This document shows, in pieces, positions 25,701 through 38,949 of a DNA stretch of 64,000 bases. How positions within the stretch are numbered: position 1 is the first letter of the stretch; every line of letters starts with the position of its first letter. The stretch is from the human T2T-CHM13v2.0 reference genome, Homo sapiens. The DNA is taken from the NCBI RefSeq assembly GCF_009914755.1, contig NC_060938.1, one strand, 5' to 3'. The notes beneath the pieces are model-generated. The model was not told the DNA's origin. It was given only the letters and a program-made list of their open reading frames with translations, and did not search any database. A program made the position numbers and the translations under genes.

Positions 25701-27953
25701 AATGTTTCTGTCTAGTGGTTATGGGAAGATATTTGCTTTTTCACCGTAGGCCTCAGAGCGCTCCAAATATCCACTTGCACATACTACAAAAAGAGTGCCT
25801 CAAAGCTGCTCTCTGAAACGGAATGTTCAACTCTATGAGTTGAATGCAAACATCACAAAGACGTTTCTGAGAATGCTTCTGTCTAGATTTGATATGAAGA
25901 TATTCCCGTTTCCAACGAAATCTTCAAATCTATCCTAATGTCCACTTGCAGATTCAACAAAAAGTGTTTTTCAGAACTGCTCTATCAAAAGAAAGATCCA
26001 CCTCTGTTAGCTGAGTTCAGACATCACAAACAAGTTTATGAGAATGCTTCTGTCTAGTTTTTATTTGAAGATATTTCCTTTCTCACCATAGACCTGAAAG
26101 CTGTCCTAATGTTCACTTCCAGTTACTACAGAAAGAGTGTTTCAAAACTGCTGTACGAAAGGGAATGTTCAACTCTGTGACTTGAATGCACACATCACAA
26201 AGAAGTTTCTGAGGATGCTGCTGTCTACTTTTTATACTTAATCCCGTTTCCAACGAAATCCTCCAAGCTATCCAAATATCCACTTGCAGATTCCACAGAA
26301 AGACTGTTTCAAAACTGCTCTGTCAATAGAAAGGTTCAACTCTGTTAGCTGCGTGCATATATCCCAAAGAAGATTCTGAGATTGCTTCTGTCTAGTTTTT
26401 ATGGGAAGATATTTCCCTTTTCACCGTAGGCGTCAAGGCGCTCCAAATGTCCACTTCCAGATACTACAAAAAGAGTGTTTCAAACCTACTCTGTGAAAGG
26501 GAATATTCAACTCTGTGACTTGAATGCACATATCACAAGGAAGTTTCTGAGAATGCTTCTGTCGAGATTTTATATGAAGATATTCCCGTTTCCAACGAAA
26601 TCCTGAAATCTATCCAAATATCCCCTCGCAGATTCTACAAAAAGAGTGTTTCAAAACTGCTCTGTAAAAAGAAAGGTTCAACTCTGTTAGTTGAGTACAC
26701 ACATCACCAACAAGTTTCACAGAATGCTTCTTTCTAGCTTGTAGGGGAAGATATTCCCTTTATCACCATGGGCCTCAAACCGTCCGATAAGTCCACTTCC
26801 ATATACTACAAAAAGAGCGTTTCAAACCAGCTCTATGAAAGGCAATGTTCAACTCTGTGACTTGAATGCAGACATCACAGAGCAGTTTCTGAGAATGCTT
26901 CTGTCTAGATTTTATAGGAAGATATTCCCGTTTCCAACGAAATCTTCACAGCTATCCAAATATCCACTTGCAGATTCTACAAAAAGAGTGTATCAAAACT
27001 GCTCTGTCAAAAGGAAGGTTCTTCTCTGTTAGGTGAGTGCATACGTCATAAAGGAGTTTCTGAGAATGTTTCTGTCTAGTGGTTATGGGAAGATATTTGC
27101 TTTTTCACCGTAGGCCTCAGAGCGCTCCAAATATCCACTTGCACATGCTACAAAAAGAGTGCTTCAAAGCTGGTCTCTGAAACGGAATGTTCAACTCTAT
27201 GAGTTGAATGCAAACATCACAAAGACGTTTCTGAGAATGCTTCTGTCTAGATTTGATATGAAGATATTCCCGTTTCCAACGAAATCTTCAAATCTATCCA
27301 AATGTCCACTTGCAGATTCAACAAAAAGTGTTTTTCAGAACTGCTCTATCAAAAGAAAGATCCACCTCTGTTAGCTGAGTTCACACATCACAAACAAGTT
27401 TATGAGAATGCTTCTGTCTAGTTTTTATTTGAAGATATTTCCTTTCTCACCATAGAGCTGAAAGCTGTCCTAATGTTCACTTCCAGATACTACAGAAAGA
27501 GTGTTTCAAAACTGCTGTACGAAAGGGAATGTTCAACTCTGTGACTTGAATGCACACATCACAAAGAAGTTTCTGAGGATGCTGCTGTCTACTTTTTATA
27601 CGTAATCCCGTTTCCAACGAAATCCTCCAAGCTATCCAAATATCCACTTGCAGATTCCACAGAAAGGCTGTTTCAAAACTGCTCTGTCAATAGAAAGGTT
27701 CAACTCTGTTAGCTGCGTGCATATATCCCAAAGAAGATTCTGAGATTGCTTCTGTCTAGTTTTTATGGGAAGATATTTCCCTTTTCACCGTAGGTGTCAA
27801 GGCGCTCCAAATGTCCACTTCCAGATACTACAAAAAGAGTGTTTCCAACCTACTCTGTGAAAGGGAATATTCAACTCTGTGACTTGAATGCACATATCAC
27901 AAAGAAGTTTCTGAGAATGCTTCTGTCGAGATTTTATATGAAGATATTCCCGT
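19770..27953. repeat. Tandem duplication of a 3-HOR unit (4092 bp)
   Basis: Rare markers are paired at +4092: AAAAGGAAGATCC (~20531/24623), AAGAAATTTC (~20745/24837), CATAACAC (~21073/25165), ATCCTAATG (~21840/25932) and ATCACCAAC (~22611/26703). Confidence 0.92.
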
Positions 27954-30900
27954 TTCCAACGAAATCCTGAAATGTATCCAAATATCCCCTCGCAGTTTCT
28001 ACAAAAAGAGTGTTTCAAAACTGCTCTGTAAAAAGAAAGGTTCAACTCTGTTAGTTGAGTACACACATCACAAACAAGTTTCACACAATGCTTCTTTCTA
28101 GCTTGTAGGGGAAGATATTCCCTTTATCACCATGGGCCTCAAACCGTCTGAAACGTCCACTTCCATATACTACAAAAAGAGCATTTCAAACCTGCTCTAT
28201 GAAAGGCAATGTTCAACTCTGTGACTTGAATGCAGACATCACAGAGCAGTTTCTGAGAATGCTTCTGTCTAGATTTTATAGGAAGATATTCCCGTTTCCA
28301 ACGAAATCTTCACAGCTATCCAAATATCCACTTGCAGATTCTACAAAAAGAGTGTATCAAAACTGCTCTGTCAAAAGGAAGGTTCTTCTCTGTTAGGTGA
28401 GTGCATACGTCATAAAGGAGTTTCTGAGAATGTTTCTGTCTAGTGGTTATGGGAAGATATTTGCTTTTTCCCCGTAGGCCTCAGGGCGCTCCAAATGTCC
28501 GCTTGCACAAGCTACAAAAAGAGTGCTTCAAAGCTGCTCTCTGAAAGGGAATGTTCAACTCTATGAGTTGAATGCAAACATCACAAAGACGTTTCTGAGA
28601 ATGCTTCTGTCTAGATTTGATATGAAGATATTCCCGTTTCCAACGAAATCTTCAAATCTATCCAAATGTCCACTTGCAGATTCAACAAAAAGTGTTTTTC
28701 AGAACTGCTCTATCAAAAGAAAGATCCACCTCTGTTAGCTGAGTTCAGACATCACAAACAAGTTTATGAGAATGCTTCTGTCTAGTTTTTATTTGAAGAT
28801 ATTTCCTTTCTCACCATAGACCTGAAAGCTGTCCTAATGTTCACTTCCAGTTACTACAGAAAGAGTGTTTCAAAACTGCTGTACGAAAGGGAATGTTCAA
28901 CTCTGTGACTTGAATGCACACATCACAAAGAAGTTTCTGAGGATGCTGCTGTCTACTTTTTATACTTAATCCCGTTTCCAACGAAATCCTCCAAGCTATC
29001 CAAATATCCACTTGCAGATTCCACAGAAAGACTGTTTCAAAACTGCTCTGTCAATAGAAAGGTTCAACTCTGTTAGCTGCGTGCATATATCCCAAAGAAG
29101 ATTCTGAGATTGCTTCTGTCTAGTTTTTATGGGAAGATATTTCCCTTTTCACCGTAGGCGTCAAGGCGCTCCAAATGTCCACTTCCAGATACTACAAAAA
29201 GAGTGTTTCAAACCTACTCTGTGAAAGGGAATATTCAACTCTGTGACTTGAATGCACATATCACAAGGAAGTTTCTGAGAATGCTTCTGTCGAGATTTTA
29301 TATGAAGATATTCCCGTTTCCAACGAAATCCTGAAATCTATCCAAATATCCCCTCGCAGATTCTACAAAAAGAGTGTTTCAAAACTGCTCTGTAAAAAGA
29401 AAGGTTCAACTCTGTTAGTTGAGTACACACATCACAAACAAGTTTCACAGAATGCTTCTTTCTAGCTTGTAGGGGAAGATATTCCCTTTATCACCATGGG
29501 CCTCCAACCGTCCGAAACATCCACTTCCATATACTACAAAAAGAGCGTTTCAAACCTGCTCTATGAAAGGCAATGTTCAACTCTGTGACTTGAATGCAGA
29601 CATCACAGAGCAGTTTCTGAGAATGCTTCTGTCTAGATTTTATAGGAAGATATTCCCGTTTCCAACGAAATCTTCACAGCTATCCAAATATCCACTTGCA
29701 GATTCTACAAAAAGAGTGTATCAAAACTGCTCTGTCAAAAGGAAGGTTCTTCTCTGTTAGGTGAGTGCATACGTCATAAAGGAGTTTCTGAGAATGTTTC
29801 TGTCTAGTGGTTATGGGAAGATATTTGCTTTTTCCCCGTAGGCCTCAGGGCGCTCCAAATGTCCACTTGCACATGCTACAAAAAGAGTGCTTCAAAGCTG
29901 CTCTCTGAAAGGGAATGTTCAACTCTATGAGTTGAATGCAAACATCACAAAGACGTTTCTGAGAATGCTTCTGTCTAGATTTGATATGAAGATATTCCCG
30001 TTTCCAACGAAATCTTCAAATCTATCCAAATGTCCACTTGCAGATTCAACAAAAAGTGTTTTTCAGAACTGCTCTATCAAAAGAAAGATCCACCTCTGTT
30101 AGCTGAGTTCAGACATCACAAACAAGTTTATGAGAATGCTTCTGTCTAGTTTTTATTTGAAGATATTTCCTTTCTCACCATAGACCTGAAAGCTGTCCTA
30201 ATGTTCACTTCCAGTTACTACAGAAAGAGTGTTTCAAAACTGCTGTACGAAAGGGAATGTTCAACTCTGTGACTTGAATGCACACATCACAAAGAAGTTT
30301 CTGAGGATGCTGCTGTCTACTTTTTATACGTAATCCCGTTTCCAACGAAATCCTTCAAGCTATCCAAATATCCACTTGCAGATTCCACAGAAAGACTGTT
30401 TCAAAACTGCTCTGTCAATAGAAAGGTTCAACTCTGTTAGCTGCGTGCATATATCCCAAAGAAGATTCTGAGATTGCTTCTGTCTAGTTTTTATGGGAAG
30501 ATATTTCCCTTTTCACCGTAGGCGTCCAGGCGCTCCAAATGTCCACTTCCAGATACTACAAAAAGAGTGTTTCAAACCTACTCTGTGAAAGGGAATATTC
30601 AACTCTGTGACTTGAATGCACATATCACAAGGAAGTTTCTGAGAATGCTTCTGTCGAGATTTTATATGAAGATATTCCCGTTTCCAACGAAATGCTGAAA
30701 TGTATCCAAATATCCCCTCGCAGATTCTACAAAAAGAGTGTTTCAAAACTGCTCTGTAAAAAGAAAGGTTCAACTCTGTTAGTTGAGTACACACATCACA
30801 AACTAGTTTCACAGAATGCTTCTTTCTAGCTTGTAGGGGAAGATATTCCCTTTATCACCATGGGCCTCAAACCGTCCGAAAAGTCCACTTCCATATACTA

Positions 30901-33900
30901 CAAAAAGAGCGTTTCAAACCTGCTCTATGAAAGGCAATGTTCAACTCTGTGACTTGAATGCAGACATCACAGAGCAGTTTCTGAGAATGCTTCTGTCTAG
31001 ATTTTATAGGAAGATATTCCCGTTTCCAACGAAATCTTCACAGCTATCCAAATATCCACTTGCAGATTCTACAAAAAGAGTGTATCAAAACTGCTCTGTC
31101 AAAAGGAAGGTTCTTTTCTGTTAGGTGAGTGCATACGTCATAAAGGGGTTTCTGAGAATGTTTCTGTCTAGTGGTTATGGGAAGATATTTGCTTTTTCAC
31201 CGTAGGCCTCAGAGCGCTCCAAATATCCACTTGCACATACTACAAAAAGAGTGCCTCAAAGCTGCTCTCTGTAACGGAATGTTCAACTCTATGAGTTGAA
31301 TGCAAACATCACAAAGACGTTTCTGAGAATGCTTCTGTCTAGATTTGATATGAAGATCTTCCCGTTTCCAACGAAATCTTCAAATCTATCCAAATGTCCA
31401 CTTGCAGATTCAACAGAAAGTGTTTTTCAGAACTGCTCTATCAAAAGAAAGATCCACCTCTGTTAGCTGAGTTCACACATCACAAACAAGTTTATGAGAA
31501 TGCTTCTGTCTAGTTTTTATTTGAAGATATTTCCTTTCTCACCATAGAGCTGAAAGCTGTCCTAATGTTCACTTCCAGTTACTACAGAAAGAGTGTTTCA
31601 AAACTGCTGTACGAAAGGGAATGTTCAACTCTGTGACTTGAATGCACACATCACAAAGAAGTTTCTGAGGATGCTGCTGTCTACTTTTTATACGTAATCC
31701 CGTTTCCAACGAAATCCTCCAAGCTATCCAAATATCCACTTGCAGATTCCACAGAAAGACTGTTTCAAAACTGCTCTGTCAATAGAAAGGTTCAACTCTG
31801 TTAGCTGCGTGCATATATCCCAAAGAAGATTCTGAGATTGCTTCTGTCTAGTTTTTATGGGAAGATATTTCCCTTTTCACCGTAGGTGTCAAGGCGCTCC
31901 AAATGTCCACTTCCAGATACTACAAAAAGAGTGTTTCAAACCTACTCTGTGAAAGGGAATATTCAACTCTGTGACTTGAATGCACATATCACAAAGAAGT
32001 TTCTGAGAATGCTTCTGTCGAGATTTTATATGAAGATATTCCCGTTTCCAACGAAATCCTGAAATCTATCCAAATATCCCCTCGCAGATTCTACAAAAAG
32101 AGTGTTTCAAAACTGCTCTGTAAAAAGAAAGGTTCAACTCTGTTAATTGAGTACACACATCACAAACAAGTTTCACAGAATGCTTCTTTCTAGCTTGTAG
32201 GGGAAGATATTCCCTTTATCACCATGGGCCTCCAACCGTCCGAAACATCCACTTCCATATACTACAAAAAGAGCGTTTCAAACCTGCTCTATGAAAGGCA
32301 ATGTTCAACTCTGTGACTTGAATGCAGACATCACAGAGCAGTTTCTGAGAATGCTTCTGTCTAGATTTTATAGGAAGATATTCCCGTTTCCAACGAAATC
32401 TTCACAGCTATCCAAATATCCACTTGCAGATTCTACAAAAAGAGTGTATCAAAACTGCTCTGTCAAAAGGAAGGTTCTTTTCTGTTAGGTGAGTGCATAC
32501 GTCATAAAGGAGTTTCTGAGAATGTTTCTGTCTAGTGGTTATGGGAAGATATTTGCTTTTTCACCGTAGGCCTCAGAGCGCTCCAAATATCCACTTGCAC
32601 ATACTACAAAAAGAGTGCCTCAAAGCTGCTCTCTGAAACGGAATGTTCAACTCTATGAGTTGAATGCAAACATCGCAAAGACGTTTCTGAGAATGCTTCT
32701 GTCTAGATTTGATATGAAGATATTCCCGTTTCCAACGAAATCTTCAAATCTATCCAAATGTCCACTTGCAGATTCAACAAAAAGTGTTTTTCAGAACTGC
32801 TCTATCAAAAGAAAGATCCACCTCTGTTAGCTGAGTTCACACATCACAAACAAGTTTATGAGAATGCTTCTGTCTAGTTTTTATTTGAAGATATTTCCTT
32901 TCTCACCATAGAGCTGAAAGCTGTCCTAATGTTCACTTCCAGATACTACAGAAAGAGTGTTTCAAAACTGCTGTACGAAAGGGAATGTTCAACTCTGTGA
33001 CTTGAATGCACACATCACAAAGAAGTTTCTGAGGATGCTGCTGTCTACTTTTTATACGTAATCCCGTTTCCAACGAAATCCTCCAAGCTATCCAAATATC
33101 CACTTGCAGATTCCACAGAAAGACTGTTTCAAAACTGCTCTGTCAATAGAAAGGTTCAACTCTGTTAGCTGCGTGCATATATCCCAAAGAAGATTCTGAG
33201 ATTGCTTCTGTCTAGTTTTTATGGGAAGATATTTCCCTTTTCACCGTAGGTGTCAAGGCGCTCCAAATGTCCACTTCCAGATACTACAAAAAGAGTGTTT
33301 CAAACCTACTCTGTGAAAGGGAATATTCAACTCTGTGACTCGAATGCACATATCACAAAGAAGTTTCTGAGAATGCTTCTGTCGAGATTTTATATGAAGA
33401 TATTCCCGTTTCCAACGAAATGCTGAAATCTATCCAAATATCCCCTCGCAGATTCTACAAAAAGAGTGTTTCAAAACTGCTCTGTGAAAAGAAAGGTTCA
33501 ACTCTGTTAGTTGAGTACACACATCACAAACTAGTTTCACAGAATGCTTCTTTCTAGCTTGTAGGGGAAGATATTCCCTTTATCACCATGGGCCTCAAAC
33601 CGTCCGAAAAGTCCACTTCCATATACTACAAAAAGAGCGTTTCAAACCTGCTCTATGAAAGGCAATGTTCAACTCTGTGACTTGAATGCAGACATCACAG
33701 AGCAGTTTCTGAGAATGCTTCTGTCTAGATTTTATAGGAAGATATTCCCGTTTCCAACGAAATCTTCACAGCTATCCTAATATCCACTTGCAGATTCTAC
33801 AAAAAGAGTGTATCAAAACTGCTCTGTCAAAAGGAAGGTTCTTTTCTGTTAGTTGAGTGCATACGTCATAAAGGAGTTTCTGAGAATGTTTCTGTCTAGT

Positions 33901-36900
33901 GGTTATGGGAAGATATTTGCTTTTTCACCGTAGGCCTCAGAGCGCTCCAAATATCCACTTGCACATACTACAAAAAGAGTGCCTCAAAGCTGCTCTCTGA
34001 AACGGAATGTGCAACTCTATGAGTTGAATGCAAACATCGCAAAGACGTTTCTGAGAATGCTTCTGTCTAGATTTGATATGAAGATATTCCCGTTTCCAAC
34101 GAAATCTTCAAATCTATCCAAATGTCCACTTGCAGATTCAACAAAAAGTGTTTTTCAGAACTGCTCTATCAAAAGAAAGATCCACCTCTGTTAGCTGAGT
34201 TCACACATCACAAACAAGTTTATGAGAATGCTTCTGTCTAGTTTTTATTTGAAGATATTTCCTTTCTCACCATAGAGCTGAAAGCTGTCCTAATGTTCAC
34301 TTCCAGATACTACAGAAAGAGTGTTTCAAAACTGCTGTACGAAAGGGAATGTTCAACTCTGTGACTTGAATGCACACATCACAAAGAAGTTTCTGAGGAT
34401 GCTGCTGTCTACTTTTTATACGTAATCCCGTTTCCAACGAAATCCTCCAAGCTATCCAAATATCCACTTGCAGATTCCACAGAAAGACTGTTTCAAAACT
34501 GCTCTGTCAATAGAAAGGTTCAACTCTGTTAGCTGCGTGCATATATCCCAAAGAAGATTCTGAGATTGCTTCTGTCTAGTTTTTATGGGAAGATATTTCC
34601 CTTTTCACCGTAGGCGTCAAGGCGCTCCAAACGTCCACTTCCAGATACTACAAAAAGAGTGTTTCAAACCTACTCTGTGAAAGGGAGTATTCAACTCTGT
34701 GACTTGAATGCACATATCACAAGGAAGTTTCTGAGAATGCTTCTGTCGAGATTTTATATGAAGATATTCCCGTTTCCAACGAAATCCTGAAATCTATCCA
34801 AATATCCCCTCGCAGATTCTACAAAAAGAGTGTTTCAAAACTGCTCTGTGAAAAGGAAGGTTCAACTCTGTTAGTTGAGTACACACATCACAAACAAGTT
34901 TCACAGAATGCTTCTTTCTAGCTTGTAGGGAAAGATATTCCCTTTATCACCATGGGCCTCCAACCGTCCGAAACATCCACTTCCATATACTACAAAAAGA
35001 GCGTTTCAAACCTGCTCTATGAAAGGCAATGTTCAACTCTGTGACTTGAATGCAGACATCACAGAGCAGTTTCTGAGAATGCTTCTGTCTAGATTTTATA
35101 GGAAGCTATTCCCGTTTCCAACGAAATCTTCACAGCTATCCAAATATCCACTTGCAGATTCTACAAAAAGAGTGTATCAAAACTGCTCTGTCAAAAGGAA
35201 GGTTCTTCTCTGTTAGGTGAGTGCATACGTCATAAAGGAGTTTCTGAGAATGTTTCTGTCTAGTGGTTATGGGAAGATATTTGCTTTTTCCCCGTAGGCC
35301 TCAGGGCGCTCCAAATGTCCACTTGCACATGCTACAAAAAGAGTGCTTCAAAGCTGCTCTCTGAAAGGGAATGTTCAACTCTATGAGTTGAATGCAAACA
35401 TCACAAAGACGTTTCTGAGAATGCTTCTGTCTAGATTTGATATGAAGATATTCCCGTTTCCAACGAAATCTTCAAATCTATCCAAATGTCCACTTGCAGA
35501 TTCAACAAAAAGTGTTTTTCAGAACTGCTCTATCAAAAGAAAGATCCACCTCTGTTAGCTGAGTTCAGACATCACAAACAAGTTTATGAGAATGCTTCTG
35601 TCTAGTTTTTATTTGAAGATATTTCCTTTCTCACCATAGACCTGAAAGCTGTCCTAATGTTCACTTCCAGTTACTACAGAAAGAGTGTTTCAAAACTGCT
35701 GTACGAAAGGGAATGTTCAACTCTGTGACTTGAATGCACACATCACAAAGAAGTTTCTGAGGATGCTGCTGTCTACTTTTTATACTTAATCCCGTTTCCA
35801 ACGAAATCCTCCAAGCTATCCAAATATCCACTTGCAGATTCCACAGAAAGACTGTTTCAAAACTGCTCTGTCAATAGAAAGGTTCAACTCTGTTAGCTGC
35901 GTGCATATATCCCAAAGAAGATTCTGAGATTGCTTCTGTCTAGTTTTTATGGGAAGATATTTCCCTTTTCACCGTAGGCGTCAAGGCGCTCCAAACGTCC
36001 ACTTCCAGATACTACAAAAAGAGTGTTTCAAACCTACTCTGTGAAAGGGAGTATTCAACTCTGTGACTTGAATGCACATATCACAAGGAAGTTTCTGAGA
36101 ATGCTTCTGTCGAGATTTTATATGAAGATATTCCCGTTTCCAACGAAATCCTGAAATCTATCCAAATATCCCCTCGCAGATTCTACAAAAAGAGTGTTTC
36201 AAAACTGCTCTTTAAAAAGAAAGGTTCAACTCTGTTAGTTGAGTACACACATCACAAACAAGTTTCACAGAATGCTTCTTTCTAGCTTGTAGGGGAAGAT
36301 ATTCCCTTTATCACCATGGGCCTCAAACCGTCCGATAAGTCCACTTCCATATACTACAAAAAGAGCGTTTCAAACCTGCTCTATGAAAGGCAACGTTCAA
36401 CTCTGTGACTTGAATGCAGACATCACAGAGCAGTTTCTGAGAATGCTTCTGTCTAGATTTTATAGGAAGATATTCCCGTTTCCAACGAAATCTTCACAGC
36501 TATCCAAATATCCACTTGCAGATTCTACAAAAAGAGTGTATCAAAACTGCTCTGTCAAAAGGAAGGTTCTTCTCTGTTAGGTGAGTGCATACGTCATAAA
36601 GGAGTTTCTGAGAATGTTTCTGTCTAGTGGTTATGGGAAGATATTTGCTTTTTCCCCGTAGGCCTCAGGGCGCTCCAAATGTCCACTTGCACATGCTACA
36701 AAAAGAGTGCTTCAAAGCTGCTCTCTGAAAGGGAATGTTCAACTCTATGAGTTGAATGCAAACATCACAAAGACGTTTCTGAGAATGCTTCTGTCTAGAT
36801 TTGATATGAAGATCTTCCCGTTTCCAACGAAATCTTCAAATCTATCCAAATGTCCACTTGCAGATTCAACAAAAAGTGTTTTTCAGAACTGCTCTATCAA

Positions 36901-37040
36901 AAGAAAGATCCACCTCTGTTAGCTGAGTTCAGACATCACAAACAAGTTTATGAGAATGCTTCTGTCTAGTTTTTATTTGAAGATATTTCCTTTCTCACCA
37001 TAGACCTGAAAGCTGTCCTAATGTTCACTTCCAGTTACTA

Positions 37041-37046
37041 CAGAGT
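37041..37046. other. 4-bp deletion; the only length variant seen (one 1360-bp HOR)
   Basis: CTACAGAGTGTTT here against CTACAGAAAGAGTGTTT in the other copies. The ORF spacing 36383 to 37743 is 1360 bp. Confidence 0.95.
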
Positions 37047-38949
37047 GTTTCAAAACTGCTGTACGAAAGGGAATGTTCAACTCTGTGACTTGAATGCACA
37101 CATCACAAAGAAGTTTCTGAGGATGCTGCTGTCTACTTTTTATACTTAATCCCGTTTCCAACGAAATCCTCCAAGCTATCCAAATATCCACTTGCAGATT
37201 CCACAGAAAGACTGTTTCAAAACTGCTCTGTCAATAGAAAGGTTCAACTCTGTTAGCTGCGTGCATATATCCCAAAGAAGATTCTGAGATTGCTTCTGTC
37301 TAGTTTTTATGGGAAGATATTTCCCTTTTCACCGTAGGCGTCAAGGCGCTCCAAATGTCCACTTCCAGATACTACAAAAAGAGTGTTTCAAACCTACTCT
37401 GTGAAAGGGAATATTCAACTCTGTGACTTGAATGCAGATATCACAAAGAAGTTTCTGAGAATGCTTCTGTCGAGATTTTATATGAAGATATTCCCGTTTC
37501 CAACGAAATCCTGAAATCTATCCAAATATCCCCTCGCAGATTCTACAAAAAGAGTGTTTCAAAACTGCTCTGTAAAAAGAAAGGTTCAACTCTGTTAGTT
37601 GAGTACACACATCACAAACAAGTTTCACAGAATGCTTCTTTCTAGCTTGTAGGGGAAGATATTCCCTTTATCACCATGGGCCTCAAACCGTCCGATAAGT
37701 CCACTTCCATATACTACAAAAAGAGCGTTTCAAACCTGCTCTATGAAAGGCAATGTTCAACTCTGTGACTTGAATGCAGACATCACAGAGCAGTTTCTGA
37801 GAATGCTTCTGTCTAGATTTTATAGGAAGATATTCCCGTTTCCAACGAAATCTTCACAGCTATCCAAATATCCACTTGCAGATTCTACAAAAAGAGTGTA
37901 TCAAAACTGCTCTGTCAAAAGGAAGGTTCTTTTCTGTTAGGTGAGTGCATACGTCATAAAGGAGTTTCTGAGAATGTTTCTGTCTAGTGGTTATGGGAAG
38001 ATATTTGCTTTTTCACCGTAGGCCTCAGAGCGCTCCAAATATCCACTTGCACATACTACAAAAAGAGTGCCTCAAAGCTGCTCTCTGAAACGGAATGTTC
38101 AACTCTATGAGTTGAATGCAAACATCGCAAAGACGTTTCTGAGAATGCTTCTGTCTAGATTTGATATGAAGATATTCCCGTTTCCAACGAAATCTTCAAA
38201 TCTATCCAAATGTCCACTTGCAGATTCAACAAAAAGTGTTTTTCAGAACTGCTCTATCAAAAGAAAGATCCACCTCTGTTAGCTGAGTTCACACATCACA
38301 AACAAGTTTATGAGAATGCTTCTGTCTAGTTTTTATTTGAAGATATTTCCTTTCTCACCATAGAGCTGAAAGCTGTCCTAATGTTCACTTCCAGATACTA
38401 CAGAAAGAGTGTTTCAAAACTGCTGTACGAAAGGGAATGTTCAACTCTGTGACTTGAATGCACACATCACAAAGAAGTTTCTGAGGATGCTGCTGTCTAC
38501 TTTTTATACGTAATCCCGTTTCCAACGAAATCCTCCAAGCTATCCAAATATCCACTTGCAGATTCCACAGAAAGACTGTTTCAAAACTGCTCTGTCAATA
38601 GAAAGGTTCAACTCTGTTAGCTGCGTGCATATATCCCAAAGAAGATTCTGAGATTGCTTCTGTCTAGTTTTTATGGGAAGATATTTCCCTTTTCACCGTA
38701 GGTGTCAAGGCGCTCCAAATGTCCACTTCCAGATACTACAAAAAGAGTGTTTCAAACCTACTCTGTGAAAGGGAATATTCAACTCTGTGACTCGAATGCA
38801 CATATCACAAAGAAGTTTCTGAGAATGCTTCTGTCGAGATTTTATATGAAGATATTCCCGTTTCCAACGAAATGCTGAAATCTATCCAAATATCCCCTCG
38901 CAGATTCTACAAAAAGAGTGTTTCAAAACTGCTCTGTAAAAAGAAAGGT

